A stretch of 64,000 bases of DNA. Origin: Planctomycetaceae bacterium UBA7805. GTDB lineage: Bacteria > Planctomycetota > Planctomycetia > Pirellulales > UBA7805. Shown in pieces: positions 7,269 to 15,651 of the stretch; within the stretch, counting starts at the first letter, position 1, and each line of letters opens with the position of its first letter. A program made the translations under genes and the position numbers. The stretch spans positions 10,569 to 74,568 of the forward strand of contig DLCF01000054.1 of assembly GCA_002480485.1 (NCBI GenBank). Reading direction: 5' to 3'. Below the pieces are notes generated by a model that was not told the DNA's origin, did no database searches, and saw only the letters and a list, made by a program, of their open reading frames with translations.

Positions 7269-8546
7269 TTAGGCGTTTTCCGCGGGTTTCGCATTTGCTG
7301 TTTCTCCCTTGTCCCAGAAGGTCAAGAAGAAAATGATCGCGACACCAAAGGCAAGTGCCGCAGGCATCAGCCAGAATTCTCTTGCACCTGCCAGCCAACC
7401 TGCTTGGGTTGTGGGATCGAGCTTGATTTCATCCCCCCACCATCCCAGTACATAGTTTCCTACGAGCATTCCGGCGCCATATGTAATAAGGCCAAGAAAT
7501 GCTTGCGCACTGGTTCGAATTTCTCTTGGTGCAACGCGATCTGTATAGAGCTGACCAGTGACGAAGAAAAAGTCGTAGCAAATCCCGTGCAGTATAATTC
7601 CAACTAGCAGCATGGCGGCACTTGAGGGCATGAGCCCAAAGAGTGCGTATCGCAGGCCCCAAGCAACCATGCCAACCAGCAGCATTTTCTTTACTCCGAG
7701 TCGGAGGAGAAAGAAGGGGACTAAAGCCATGAAGAAAATCTCGCTTACTTGTCCCAGTGCCATCACTCCGGAGGTGTCATTCCCAAAGGCCATTTGACTG
7801 GTGAATTCGTAAGTTCGCGCATAGTAAAACGCGAGCGGAATACAAATTAGAAAAGAGCATATTGCAAATACCGCGTAGGCAGGCTTCGCGAACAACTGCA
7901 ATGCATCCAAACCTAGAACTTTTACAACGTTGACTGGTTGCCCGCGTCCCTGAGGCGGTGAGGCTGGCAATGTAAAGCAATAAATTCCAAGAAGGAAACT
8001 CGCGTATGCTGAGATTTGGAGCGGCAGGCTAGTCGCCCCCGCGTCTTCGACCCCCGGGATGAGTGGAATGTCGATCAAGCCGAAAAGCGATTGCGACACG
8101 ACGAGGCCCGAAACGATCCAACCAATCGTTCCCCAAAGACGAATTTTTGGAAAATCATTCTCTATCGAGCGCACGTTTTGAAACGTTATGGCATTCACGA
8201 GAGCAAGGGTGGGCATGTAGCAAAGGAAAAAAGCCATCATCGCCCAGAAAAATTCAGTTGGGGAGTCGGTAATGCTGCTGCACCATAGCAGCAGGCCGCC
8301 GCCGAGGAGATGCAATATGCCATTTACGCGTTCCTTATTGAAAAGTCGATCCGCGACAAAACCCACAATCAAGGGGGCGAACAGGGCTGCCCATGTTTGT
8401 GTCGCATAAGTGTTTCCAATAATAGAATTAAGTTCGCCTTTGTAACTCGCAAAAATTTTTCCAAGGTAGCCGCCCATCGGAACAAAAAATGCGCCCCAGA
8501 TGAAAAACTGCAGAAACATCATTATCGATAGCCGCACCTGAATCAT
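7269..8546 (-). CDS. MFS transporter, nucleoside:H+ symporter (NupG/XapB-like) family
   Basis: Polytopic hydrophobic profile of about 12 TM segments. The N-terminus SIMMFLQFFIWGAFFVPMGGYL resembles NupG-type permeases. Confidence 0.7.
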   Translation of the reverse strand: MIQVRLSIMMFLQFFIWGAFFVPMGGYLGKIFASYKGELNSIIGNTYATQTWAALFAPLIVGFVADRLFNKERVNGILHLLGGGLLLWCSSITDSPTEFFWAMMAFFLCYMPTLALVNAITFQNVRSIENDFPKIRLWGTIGWIVSGLVVSQSLFGLIDIPLIPGVEDAGATSLPLQISAYASFLLGIYCFTLPASPPQGRGQPVNVVKVLGLDALQLFAKPAYAVFAICSFLICIPLAFYYARTYEFTSQMAFGNDTSGVMALGQVSEIFFMALVPFFLLRLGVKKMLLVGMVAWGLRYALFGLMPSSAAMLLVGIILHGICYDFFFVTGQLYTDRVAPREIRTSAQAFLGLITYGAGMLVGNYVLGWWGDEIKLDPTTQAGWLAGAREFWLMPAALAFGVAIIFFLTFWDKGETANAKPAENA

Positions 8547-8549
8547 CGT

Positions 8550-9413
8550 TTACTTGCCCCCTGAAGTTTCAGTGCCAATTTTTATTTTCAGCGATCGCAG
8601 TAGGTTAAGGGCGCCCGCGATTTCCGATTTTTGTCGCTCTGGCTCCTGCGGGATTTCCCGCTCGATGGTGAGCGGACCGACATAGCCGATATTGCCAAGT
8701 GTCCGTAGATAGGAACCCATGCCCACTTCGCCCTCACCCAAAGGCACTTCAGTTCCCCAGGTAATACCAGGCTGCTTTGACCACGTTGCATCTTTGCAAT
8801 GGACGCTGCGGACCCGCGGGCCGAGTTTCTCTAAGGCCTCGATTGGTTCGCCAATGCCATAGAGAATCATGTTTGCAGGGTCGAAATTGATGAAAAGGTT
8901 GTTTCGCCCCACATCATCTAAAAATTGAAGCAAGACATCGGCAGGCTCCTGACCCGTCTCAAGGTGAATGGCTTGCCCTTGGTTTGTGGCGTAGTCACAT
9001 AAATCTTGCGCAACGGCTACGATTTCATGGTAATCGGCCTCTTGCGAGTCATGCGGAACAAAGCCGATATGCAATCCCACGACATTCACCCCTAGTCTTC
9101 GGGCAAAATCGGCGATTTCTTTCATTTCCGCCAATCGTGCCCTGCGTGTTGCCGGGGGCACTAGGCCTACGGTCTCTTTGACCGTAGGAATGTCCGCATA
9201 GCTTTCGCCCTCAAAACCCCCGAAAACACAGGTGATCGTAATTCCTAAATCGTCGAGTTGAGCAAGGAATTCCCTGGCTTGCCCTTCGGTTCGGGATTCC
9301 TGCTGGGGCGTGTGGAGGTGGATCGTTTGCACCCCGAGTTCATGTGCGACCTCCAAGCGAACACCAAATCCAGCATCAATGCTGGCAAAAACACCGAGCG
9401 GCCAATGTTCCAT
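8550..9413 (-). CDS. Sugar phosphate isomerase/epimerase (xylose isomerase-like TIM barrel) protein
   Basis: AP_endonuc_2-like pattern: IHLHTP, GLHIGF, IHLETGQE, INFDPANM, VHCKD. Confidence 0.8.
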   Translation of the reverse strand: MEHWPLGVFASIDAGFGVRLEVAHELGVQTIHLHTPQQESRTEGQAREFLAQLDDLGITITCVFGGFEGESYADIPTVKETVGLVPPATRRARLAEMKEIADFARRLGVNVVGLHIGFVPHDSQEADYHEIVAVAQDLCDYATNQGQAIHLETGQEPADVLLQFLDDVGRNNLFINFDPANMILYGIGEPIEALEKLGPRVRSVHCKDATWSKQPGITWGTEVPLGEGEVGMGSYLRTLGNIGYVGPLTIEREIPQEPERQKSEIAGALNLLRSLKIKIGTETSGGK

Positions 9414-9436
9414 CCCAAAGATTCCTTTACCGTTCG

Positions 9437-10159
9437 CTATTGCGGTTGCTCATCCATTTCACGGAGGAAAATATTTCGGAATTGCATTTCGCCTCCATGG
9501 GTCTGGATTTGAATTGGTCCCCGCGGGAACATTTTTGCGTTACGATCAAAGTAATTGTGCATTACCGCGTTATCCACAACTAACTTTCCATTAAGGTATA
9601 CCGTAACCCGATCTCCGAGCATGCGAATTTTCATCCGATTCCACTGACCGATCGGTTTGTCAGCACGCACCAAGGGAAATCTTCCGGCGCTATCGGGGTT
9701 ATTGTTCCACATTCCCCCGGAACCGTACTCGGCACCATTTTTTTTCTCGTTGGGGTTATCCGGATCCCAGATTTGGACCTGAGGACAACCCCTAAGATAA
9801 ATGCCGCTGTCGCTACCGGGGTGCACCATCCGCCAATCGAGCAAAAGCTCAAAGTCACCGTAATCTTTGCCGGTTGTGAGAAAGACTCCCCTCCCGTCAT
9901 TGATGATCACCCCATCCTCAACCCGCCAGTGGGCGTGCAGATTCTGGTTGTCCACAAGCTGTTTTTTTTTCCGAGCTTCAGCACTGAGGGCATCATACTG
10001 CGTCGGATTTTCGTGACCCCTCCCTTCCCATCCGCTCAGGTCCCGACCGTTGAAGAGGGTCAAAAATCCGTCTGGCTTCTGCTGGTCGGCCCATGTTTGC
10101 CAACACGTGCATGCGCCGAGCACTACTATGAAAACGGTTTGTATTAGCCGTGAAAACAT
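9437..10159 (-). CDS. Secreted DUF1080 (3-keto-disaccharide hydrolase-like) protein, second copy
   Basis: LTLFNGRDLSGWEG and GPIQIQTHGGEMQFRNIFL. ATG 10159 gives a clean signal peptide (MFSRLIQTVFIVVLGAC). The track start at 10219 is GTG. Confidence 0.8.
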   Translation of the reverse strand: MFSRLIQTVFIVVLGACTCWQTWADQQKPDGFLTLFNGRDLSGWEGRGHENPTQYDALSAEARKKKQLVDNQNLHAHWRVEDGVIINDGRGVFLTTGKDYGDFELLLDWRMVHPGSDSGIYLRGCPQVQIWDPDNPNEKKNGAEYGSGGMWNNNPDSAGRFPLVRADKPIGQWNRMKIRMLGDRVTVYLNGKLVVDNAVMHNYFDRNAKMFPRGPIQIQTHGGEMQFRNIFLREMDEQPQ

Positions 10160-10499
10160 TGACGTGATTCCGCTGAGCGAGGGGAAAATTTGGTTACAAC
10201 CCGCCTGCAACTTACTCACCGATCCGGCAGCAGACCGCCACTTGGTTTCGAAACGTCATCGCCGCGGCTCTACGCAGGAATTCCAAATTTATGCCGTTAA
10301 GCGGCCTATTACAGCAGTATTGGTAAGCGGATTCAAGTGGTACGCGGAGTTTTACGGAGCGGTTAAAATTTCGAAATCTGAACAATCGCGTGGTGAAGCA
10401 GTAATTTTCGACTCGGATTGTGTCATAATCTAGATTTATTTGCCCGCGATACTTGAATGCGATCTTAGGCATCGAGTGGTAAAGCAAGGCAACATCGCT

Positions 10500-11483
10500 A
10501 TGGCGACCATCACACATTATCAAGTCGGTGATGTACTCGGTGTTGGCACCGTAGGCACCGTTTACCAAGCGAAGGATCGGATAACGGGACGTGAGGTGGC
10601 AATAAAAATTCTGTTGCCGCAAATTCTCGACGATTCACATATCGGGCGTCGTTTCCATCGCGAAATGTCAATTTTGGAAAAGTTAAATCACCCACATATT
10701 GTGCACTATCTCACTGGAGGCGTTGCGGGTGGAAGGCCATATTATGTGATGGAGTTGGTGAATGCAGGATCACTGAGAGATGAATTAACAATTCACGGTC
10801 ATTTGCCCTGGCAGCAGGCATGTCGTTTCGGGATTCAAATTTGCTCGGCACTACAGCACGCACACAATCATGGAATTATTCATCGGGATTTGAAGCCCTC
10901 CAATCTCTTTATGGACGAATCTGGAAACTTGAAATTAGGAGACTTCGGGATTGCACGGGACACGCACCAAGTTGATTTGACCGATGCGGGCCTGACGGTC
11001 GGAACCTATGCCTACATGTCCCCAGAACAGATCTGTGCCGACACAAATGTTTCGGATAAAACCGATCTCTATGCCCTGGGATGCCTGCTCTACGAGATAG
11101 TCACCGGCTATCAGCCATTCGCCGGAGCTACCTTTGCTAGGATTTTTGATCAACATCTGAAAAGTGATCCGCCCAGAATTCGATACACGGTTCCGGATGC
11201 TCCCGAAGAACTTGAGGAGCTGATCTTACAACTAATGGCGAAGCATCCGGCACAAAGACCCTTTAACGCTCGGTATGTGCAGGGATTTCTGCAGAATCTG
11301 CTGGAGCAGCAAAAAGATGATGGTGGGACAACCGAACAGAGGCAATTTTCAGCATCTGGTGGCGCTCGACCGGCTGGCATATCGTCTTACGCCGGTTACT
11401 CGTGGGGCGCGCTCATCGCATTAGTTATGCTGATCGGCTTCATTGTGACTGCGGTCTATTTGGCCCAATATGTAATTTTCTAA
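10500..11483 (+). CDS. Ser/Thr protein kinase with C-terminal membrane anchor
   Basis: GVGTVGTVYQA, VAIKIL, HRDLKPSNLF, DFGIAR, SPE. C-terminal TM segment is WGALIALVMLIGFIVTAVYLAQYVIF. ATG at 10500 is chosen because the track start at 10440 adds 20 non-kinase residues. Confidence 0.85.
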   Translation: MATITHYQVGDVLGVGTVGTVYQAKDRITGREVAIKILLPQILDDSHIGRRFHREMSILEKLNHPHIVHYLTGGVAGGRPYYVMELVNAGSLRDELTIHGHLPWQQACRFGIQICSALQHAHNHGIIHRDLKPSNLFMDESGNLKLGDFGIARDTHQVDLTDAGLTVGTYAYMSPEQICADTNVSDKTDLYALGCLLYEIVTGYQPFAGATFARIFDQHLKSDPPRIRYTVPDAPEELEELILQLMAKHPAQRPFNARYVQGFLQNLLEQQKDDGGTTEQRQFSASGGARPAGISSYAGYSWGALIALVMLIGFIVTAVYLAQYVIF

Positions 11484-11537
11484 TTGATTGTCGTAATCTG
11501 CGATACCAAAATATAATTTGCAGATTGCAACCGAGCC

Positions 11538-12599
11538 ATGCATGCCATGCAACATATTCTAGATCCGGATAACGAGATTATAAACGATTGGGTGCGGGAG
11601 CAACGACTACCGAAATTTCGGGCAGGGCAGATCCGCCGCTGGATTTATGCATCCGGAGTATCCTCCTTTTCAGATATGACCAACTTGCCGGTGCCCGTTC
11701 GGCAGCGGTTAGCCGCCCATTTTCAATGGTGGACGACACGCATTGCAGCGCATCAAAAATCTGAGGACGGGACCGAAAAATTGCTGCTGGACTTAGCAGA
11801 TGGCAAAAGAATCGAATGCGTACTCTTGCGAGACGGTGAGCGAAGAACTATTTGCATCAGCACACAAGTCGGATGTGCGATGGGATGTGTTTTCTGTGCA
11901 AGCGGCATTGATGGTGTTGATCGGAATTTGACCTCGGGCGAGATTGTCGAGCAGATGCTTCGTCTGCGACGACTGCTGCCGGATGGCGAGCGTCTCAGCC
12001 ATATTGTAGTGATGGGTATGGGCGAGCCACTTGCGAATCTTTCGAATCTCTTGCCCGTTCTGAATCTTGCGTCACAACAGGAGGGCTTGGGTATCAGCCC
12101 GCGAAGGATCACAATCTCCACTGTGGGTCTGCCCTCCGCGATGCGTCGGCTAATCGATTCGGGGGTCGCATACAATTTGGCTGTTTCTCTGCATGCTGCG
12201 AATGATGCACTTCGCGACCAGTTGGTCCCCGCCAACGCAAGGGCGGGATTGAAATCGATTCTGACCGCTGCGGATGCTTACTTTGCCGCATCAGGACGGC
12301 GTTTGACCTATGAATATGTGCTGTTGGGCGGAGTCAACGATCGAAGGTGTGATGCGTTAGAGTTGGCCGGGCTTCTGCGTGGTCGACAGGCACTTCTAAA
12401 TCTGATTCCCTACAATCCAGTTGCTGGCCTTCCATATCAGATGCCAAGCGCAAGATCGGTGCAGAATTTTTCCTCGCTACTTGAACAGCAGGGTATCAAT
12501 ATCCAAATTCGTCGACGTAAAGGGGCACGCATTGATGCCGCATGTGGCCAACTACGTCGCTCCAGGGCGTCTACTCCGGCCCAAGAGACCAAGCTTTGA
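11538..12599 (+). CDS. rlmN: 23S rRNA/tRNA adenine-C2 methyltransferase RlmN (radical SAM)
   Basis: CAMGCVFCASG radical-SAM cluster motif, GMGEPLAN, and C-terminal DAACGQL. Confidence 0.9.
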   Translation: MHAMQHILDPDNEIINDWVREQRLPKFRAGQIRRWIYASGVSSFSDMTNLPVPVRQRLAAHFQWWTTRIAAHQKSEDGTEKLLLDLADGKRIECVLLRDGERRTICISTQVGCAMGCVFCASGIDGVDRNLTSGEIVEQMLRLRRLLPDGERLSHIVVMGMGEPLANLSNLLPVLNLASQQEGLGISPRRITISTVGLPSAMRRLIDSGVAYNLAVSLHAANDALRDQLVPANARAGLKSILTAADAYFAASGRRLTYEYVLLGGVNDRRCDALELAGLLRGRQALLNLIPYNPVAGLPYQMPSARSVQNFSSLLEQQGINIQIRRRKGARIDAACGQLRRSRASTPAQETKL

Positions 12600-12645
12600 C
12601 CCAACCGGCATCATTACGGTGAGATTCGTCTGACCCAGGCGGGGC

Positions 12646-14313
12646 TCAATCCTTATCGGGCAATCCTGCACCGAAAGTCATGCTCATGAGCGGCATCGCC
12701 CGAAGGATGTTCTGCTCCATTGTGATACGCGCTTGAATCCCATTCTCGATTTGCTGGATTCCATACCGCACAGCATCTTTTTCCTGCAACATGCCGGCAA
12801 TCGGCAAGTACATTGCACCGTTTTCCTCGTCAACTTCGACAGCAAATTGCATAATCTTTCCCACTTGTATCACTGCCTCAGCCGATTCGGTCACCTCATC
12901 ACTAGCTTTGGCAGAGGCATCGATCACCCTTTTAATCGCCGCAATCCCATTGCCACCCATTGCCAAATAAACGCTTTCCGCGTTGACGGCGACTGCAACT
13001 TCTAACTGTTCACCGATAAGTTTCTTTGAATCCTCGTCCGGTACCGGGATGTTCAAGGTATGGATGCGGTAAAATGCATGGTTCTCCGCCTCCCAGTCGG
13101 GCTCGGGTATTCCAACCTGCTCACTCGCCATTTGGATCAGAGGTTTTAGGGCACTCTCTACGGCATCGCCATCGCTGACCTGTGCGCCCGCCACGATTGA
13201 AGACCGCTTGTTGAGCATCAGGGCAAATCCGGCCTCAAAATTGTCGGCTCGCAACGTATCAAACATAACCTTCATCAGTTTGCCGAGAGACTGTTTTGCA
13301 ACCTCCTTCTGGCCATCGGTCAGGTCATTTGCATTCTCAAGTTCTTCCACCATCTGCTCACGGGTGACCTTCTCTTGCGCGTCGATATATTTGATCTCAT
13401 CGTCCGCAGGCTGACCTGTTAAGTGAAAAGCACCAGCAATTGCAGCGTCGACGTGCAGGAAACCGGCGTGTGCTGATTTACCCGTCTGAAATCGCTGGTA
13501 CGAATTTGCCGTTTGAGTTTTCGCGCGGGCGGTTGTCAAAAAATCAATGTGAACATTTTTCTCATCACCATTGATCGCAACGCCAAAAGTAACATCGACG
13601 GTTTCGTCAACCCATTTTTTTAAGCGGGCAATGTTATCTTTCATCATGGCCTGCTGAGCTTCTAAATCGACTCCCGCCTCTCCCGCACCAGCAAGCTGCA
13701 ATTGGCTCATGAGTTCAAGAAAACCCATTAACTCCGCGCGTTTCTCTGCCGGGATATTTTGCATATTCACTCTGCCAGCCATCACATATTTACTGGCAAG
13801 ATCACCTGCGAGAGCCACTGGATCTTTTGGCAATTTCGTGAGGTGTTCTTTTTGATCCGATAAGAAAGTCCAGCCTCCTTGCGACTTGGCGTACATGGGA
13901 CTTTCTGCCGCCTTGAGCAAAAGTGTCCCATCACCGGCGTCCTCCGTTTCCGCTAGGGGAGGTGGTATTGAACCCAGAAGTGCCTTAAAGTCCGTCACGG
14001 GTAGACAGGCAATCCAATAAGGCTGTGCTTGCCCTAGTCTGATGTCGATTACGATCGGTTTCGTTTGATCAAGACCAGCCAACGGTTTGCCGCCAGTAAG
14101 CTGCATGATCTGCAGTTGGATCATTTGCTGAGCTTGGGGAAAACCGACGATCTCCCCGACGACTTCCGCATGCCCCATCAGTTTGTCATAGCTGCTGATC
14201 GAAACGACAGCGACCGATGGATCATCGTCGCCCAGCACAATCGGAGTTAGGGGGTCAGTGAAAAGAAGCAAGCTGCAAATAGACAGCAGGAGAAAACGCG
14301 CTGGGTGTCGCAT
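12646..14313 (-). CDS. Secreted hypothetical protein (555 aa), no family recognised
   Basis: ATG with GAGGA 8 nt upstream, signal peptide MRHPARFLLLSICSLLLF, and a long uninterrupted ORF. Confidence 0.6.
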   Translation of the reverse strand: MRHPARFLLLSICSLLLFTDPLTPIVLGDDDPSVAVVSISSYDKLMGHAEVVGEIVGFPQAQQMIQLQIMQLTGGKPLAGLDQTKPIVIDIRLGQAQPYWIACLPVTDFKALLGSIPPPLAETEDAGDGTLLLKAAESPMYAKSQGGWTFLSDQKEHLTKLPKDPVALAGDLASKYVMAGRVNMQNIPAEKRAELMGFLELMSQLQLAGAGEAGVDLEAQQAMMKDNIARLKKWVDETVDVTFGVAINGDEKNVHIDFLTTARAKTQTANSYQRFQTGKSAHAGFLHVDAAIAGAFHLTGQPADDEIKYIDAQEKVTREQMVEELENANDLTDGQKEVAKQSLGKLMKVMFDTLRADNFEAGFALMLNKRSSIVAGAQVSDGDAVESALKPLIQMASEQVGIPEPDWEAENHAFYRIHTLNIPVPDEDSKKLIGEQLEVAVAVNAESVYLAMGGNGIAAIKRVIDASAKASDEVTESAEAVIQVGKIMQFAVEVDEENGAMYLPIAGMLQEKDAVRYGIQQIENGIQARITMEQNILRAMPLMSMTFGAGLPDKD

Positions 14314-14699
14314 GAAAAATTCCTCGATTCGATGGTTCCATGGTTCTCTGTCGCCAAGCTCTCAAGCATTGAGCCTGATTATTCACATTGTACCCGGCAG
14401 GGGGTCTCTTCGGGCAGGTACCGTGATGCAAATCGCATCAATTCAAGTCGCGTCATTGGGAGGGCGACAAGTTACCACGCACGGGATGCTCTACAAAGCA
14501 AACGCTCCAGGCACACACGCTAGCGTGTAAAAAAATCGCCGGAAATTGCTCCAAATCCGTAAATTATCCAAACACTGGGGGGACATGGTGCTGCCGAGCC
14601 CCTTGGTCGAGTCTTGGAATGCGAGAACATCGCATCACACGAAAATGGGCGTCTCATCTCCGATACATGTGTGGTTAAGGTCTGATCGTAAATGAAAAC

Positions 14700-14924
14700 T
14701 CAACGCTCGCGATAGGTGATTCGACCCTTCGTCAAATCGTAGGGAGAAAGTTCGACTTTGACTTTGTCCCCTGGCACGATCCGAATGAAAAATTTCCGCA
14801 TCCGCCCAGCAACGTGCGCGATCACTTCATGTCCCCCCTCGATCTGTACTCGAAAACGGGTGTTGGCCAAGGCTTGGGTAACGGTTCCCTCAACTTCAAG
14901 GGCTTCTTCTTTCTCTTTTGCCAA
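14700..14924 (-). CDS. infA: Translation initiation factor IF-1
   Basis: [15 protein letters not shown]...[49 protein letters not shown] matches the IF-1 S1 fold end to end. The start codon is TTG (14924..14922), with AGGAG 7 nt upstream. Confidence 0.9.
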   Translation of the reverse strand: MAKEKEEALEVEGTVTQALANTRFRVQIEGGHEVIAHVAGRMRKFFIRIVPGDKVKVELSPYDLTKGRITYRER

Positions 14925-14992
14925 AATAAGACTCCTGGGACCAATGGTCGAAACAACGGTAAAAGGGGGTGCCTAGTAAATCTCGAGCCCTT

Positions 14993-15020
14993 ATCATATC
15001 GGACTCTTCGCACCCGTCTA
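14993..15020 (-). promoter_or_regulatory. Candidate sigma-70-type promoter of infA (TAGACG-N16-TATGAT)
   Basis: On the minus strand, TAGACG lies at 15020..15015 and TATGAT at 14998..14993, about 70 nt upstream of the infA start. The -35 overlaps the TCTAGAGCGA tandem repeat. Confidence 0.25.
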
Positions 15021-15038
15021 GAGCGATCTAGAGCGATC
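15017..15038. repeat. Tandem decamer repeat (TCTAGAGCGA) x2.2, each unit containing the palindrome TCTAGA
   Basis: Read directly: tctagagcga tctagagcga tc. Confidence 0.7.
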
Positions 15039-15106
15039 GTGGCGTGACATTTTTCGCTTAGCCGCTTAACAGGCAGGGTCGAAGAGGCCTGTGGCCAAGC
15101 TTGTCA

Positions 15107-15133
15107 GCAAGAGGAAGCAAGAGGAAGCAAGAG
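15107..15133. repeat. Tandem decamer repeat (GCAAGAGGAA) x2.7
   Basis: Read directly: gcaagaggaa gcaagaggaa gcaagag. Confidence 0.7.
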
Positions 15134-15651
15134 CCGCCCGTCTCCGTTACGCAGCTGCAATGCAATATGATCCCTCCGTTCGGTTTCGTCCAATAATCGG
15201 ATGATTCCGGACTAAATCATCAGTTAACTCGTTTGACCAGATGGGAGCTACAGGCGGCTTGTTCATTAAGAATTGTCTTGTGTCTCCAAGCAACGATTAA
15301 AGTGGAATTTGATTGGATATGGGGGAAGTAAATTAGCGAAACGCTCGCGCTAAGTCGCCAACCATATGGTTTACTGTGTCATGTTTTGATAATAAAGAAC
15401 ACCTGGGCCACGGGCAAACCGCTGCTTTGCCATCGCTTTATATCGGTTGCCGGCTAAACTCGAGGAGCGCGTTGCTCTGAGTGTCGGATGTCTGTTGAGT
15501 CTCGCCAAAATTTCACCGTCTGCCTTGGTAGAACATGCGGATCCGCGGTGGTCAAGCCGCAGAACGCGAGCTACTAGCTATGAAGGTTGGCAAACAAACC
15601 ACAGGTGCTTACCGTCAGGGGCACAGCAACTTTTTATTCTGCAAAGCGCGC

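Noticed and set aside
11495-11526. Hairpin AATCTGC-N18-GCAGATT between the kinase and rlmN, as a terminator
   Set aside because: The stem is only 7 bp with an 18-nt loop, and there is no T-run. The loop contains TATAAT (11512..11517), so it may just be promoter sequence. This is too weak to call.
14515-14528. 14-bp palindrome ACACGCTAGCGTGT as the infA terminator
   Set aside because: In the direction of infA transcription (minus strand) the T-run precedes rather than follows the hairpin, and the stem is only 5 bp with a 4-nt loop. It could be an operator, but there is nothing to support that.
15017-15133. Tandem decamers considered as a possible CRISPR or minisatellite array
   Set aside because: There are only 2-3 copies of 10-bp units with no spacers and no cas genes, so it is not a CRISPR array. 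They are kept only as short tandem repeats.
14925-15651. Checked the long gap for tRNA, tmRNA, RNase P RNA and SRP RNA
   Set aside because: I found no GGTTCGAATCC-type T-arm, no CTCCACCA 3' end, no GAGGAAAGTCCGGGC (RNase P CR-I) and no GGTCCGGAAGGAAGCAGC (SRP domain IV) on either strand. A different ncRNA remains possible, so the region is reported only as an unexplained gap.
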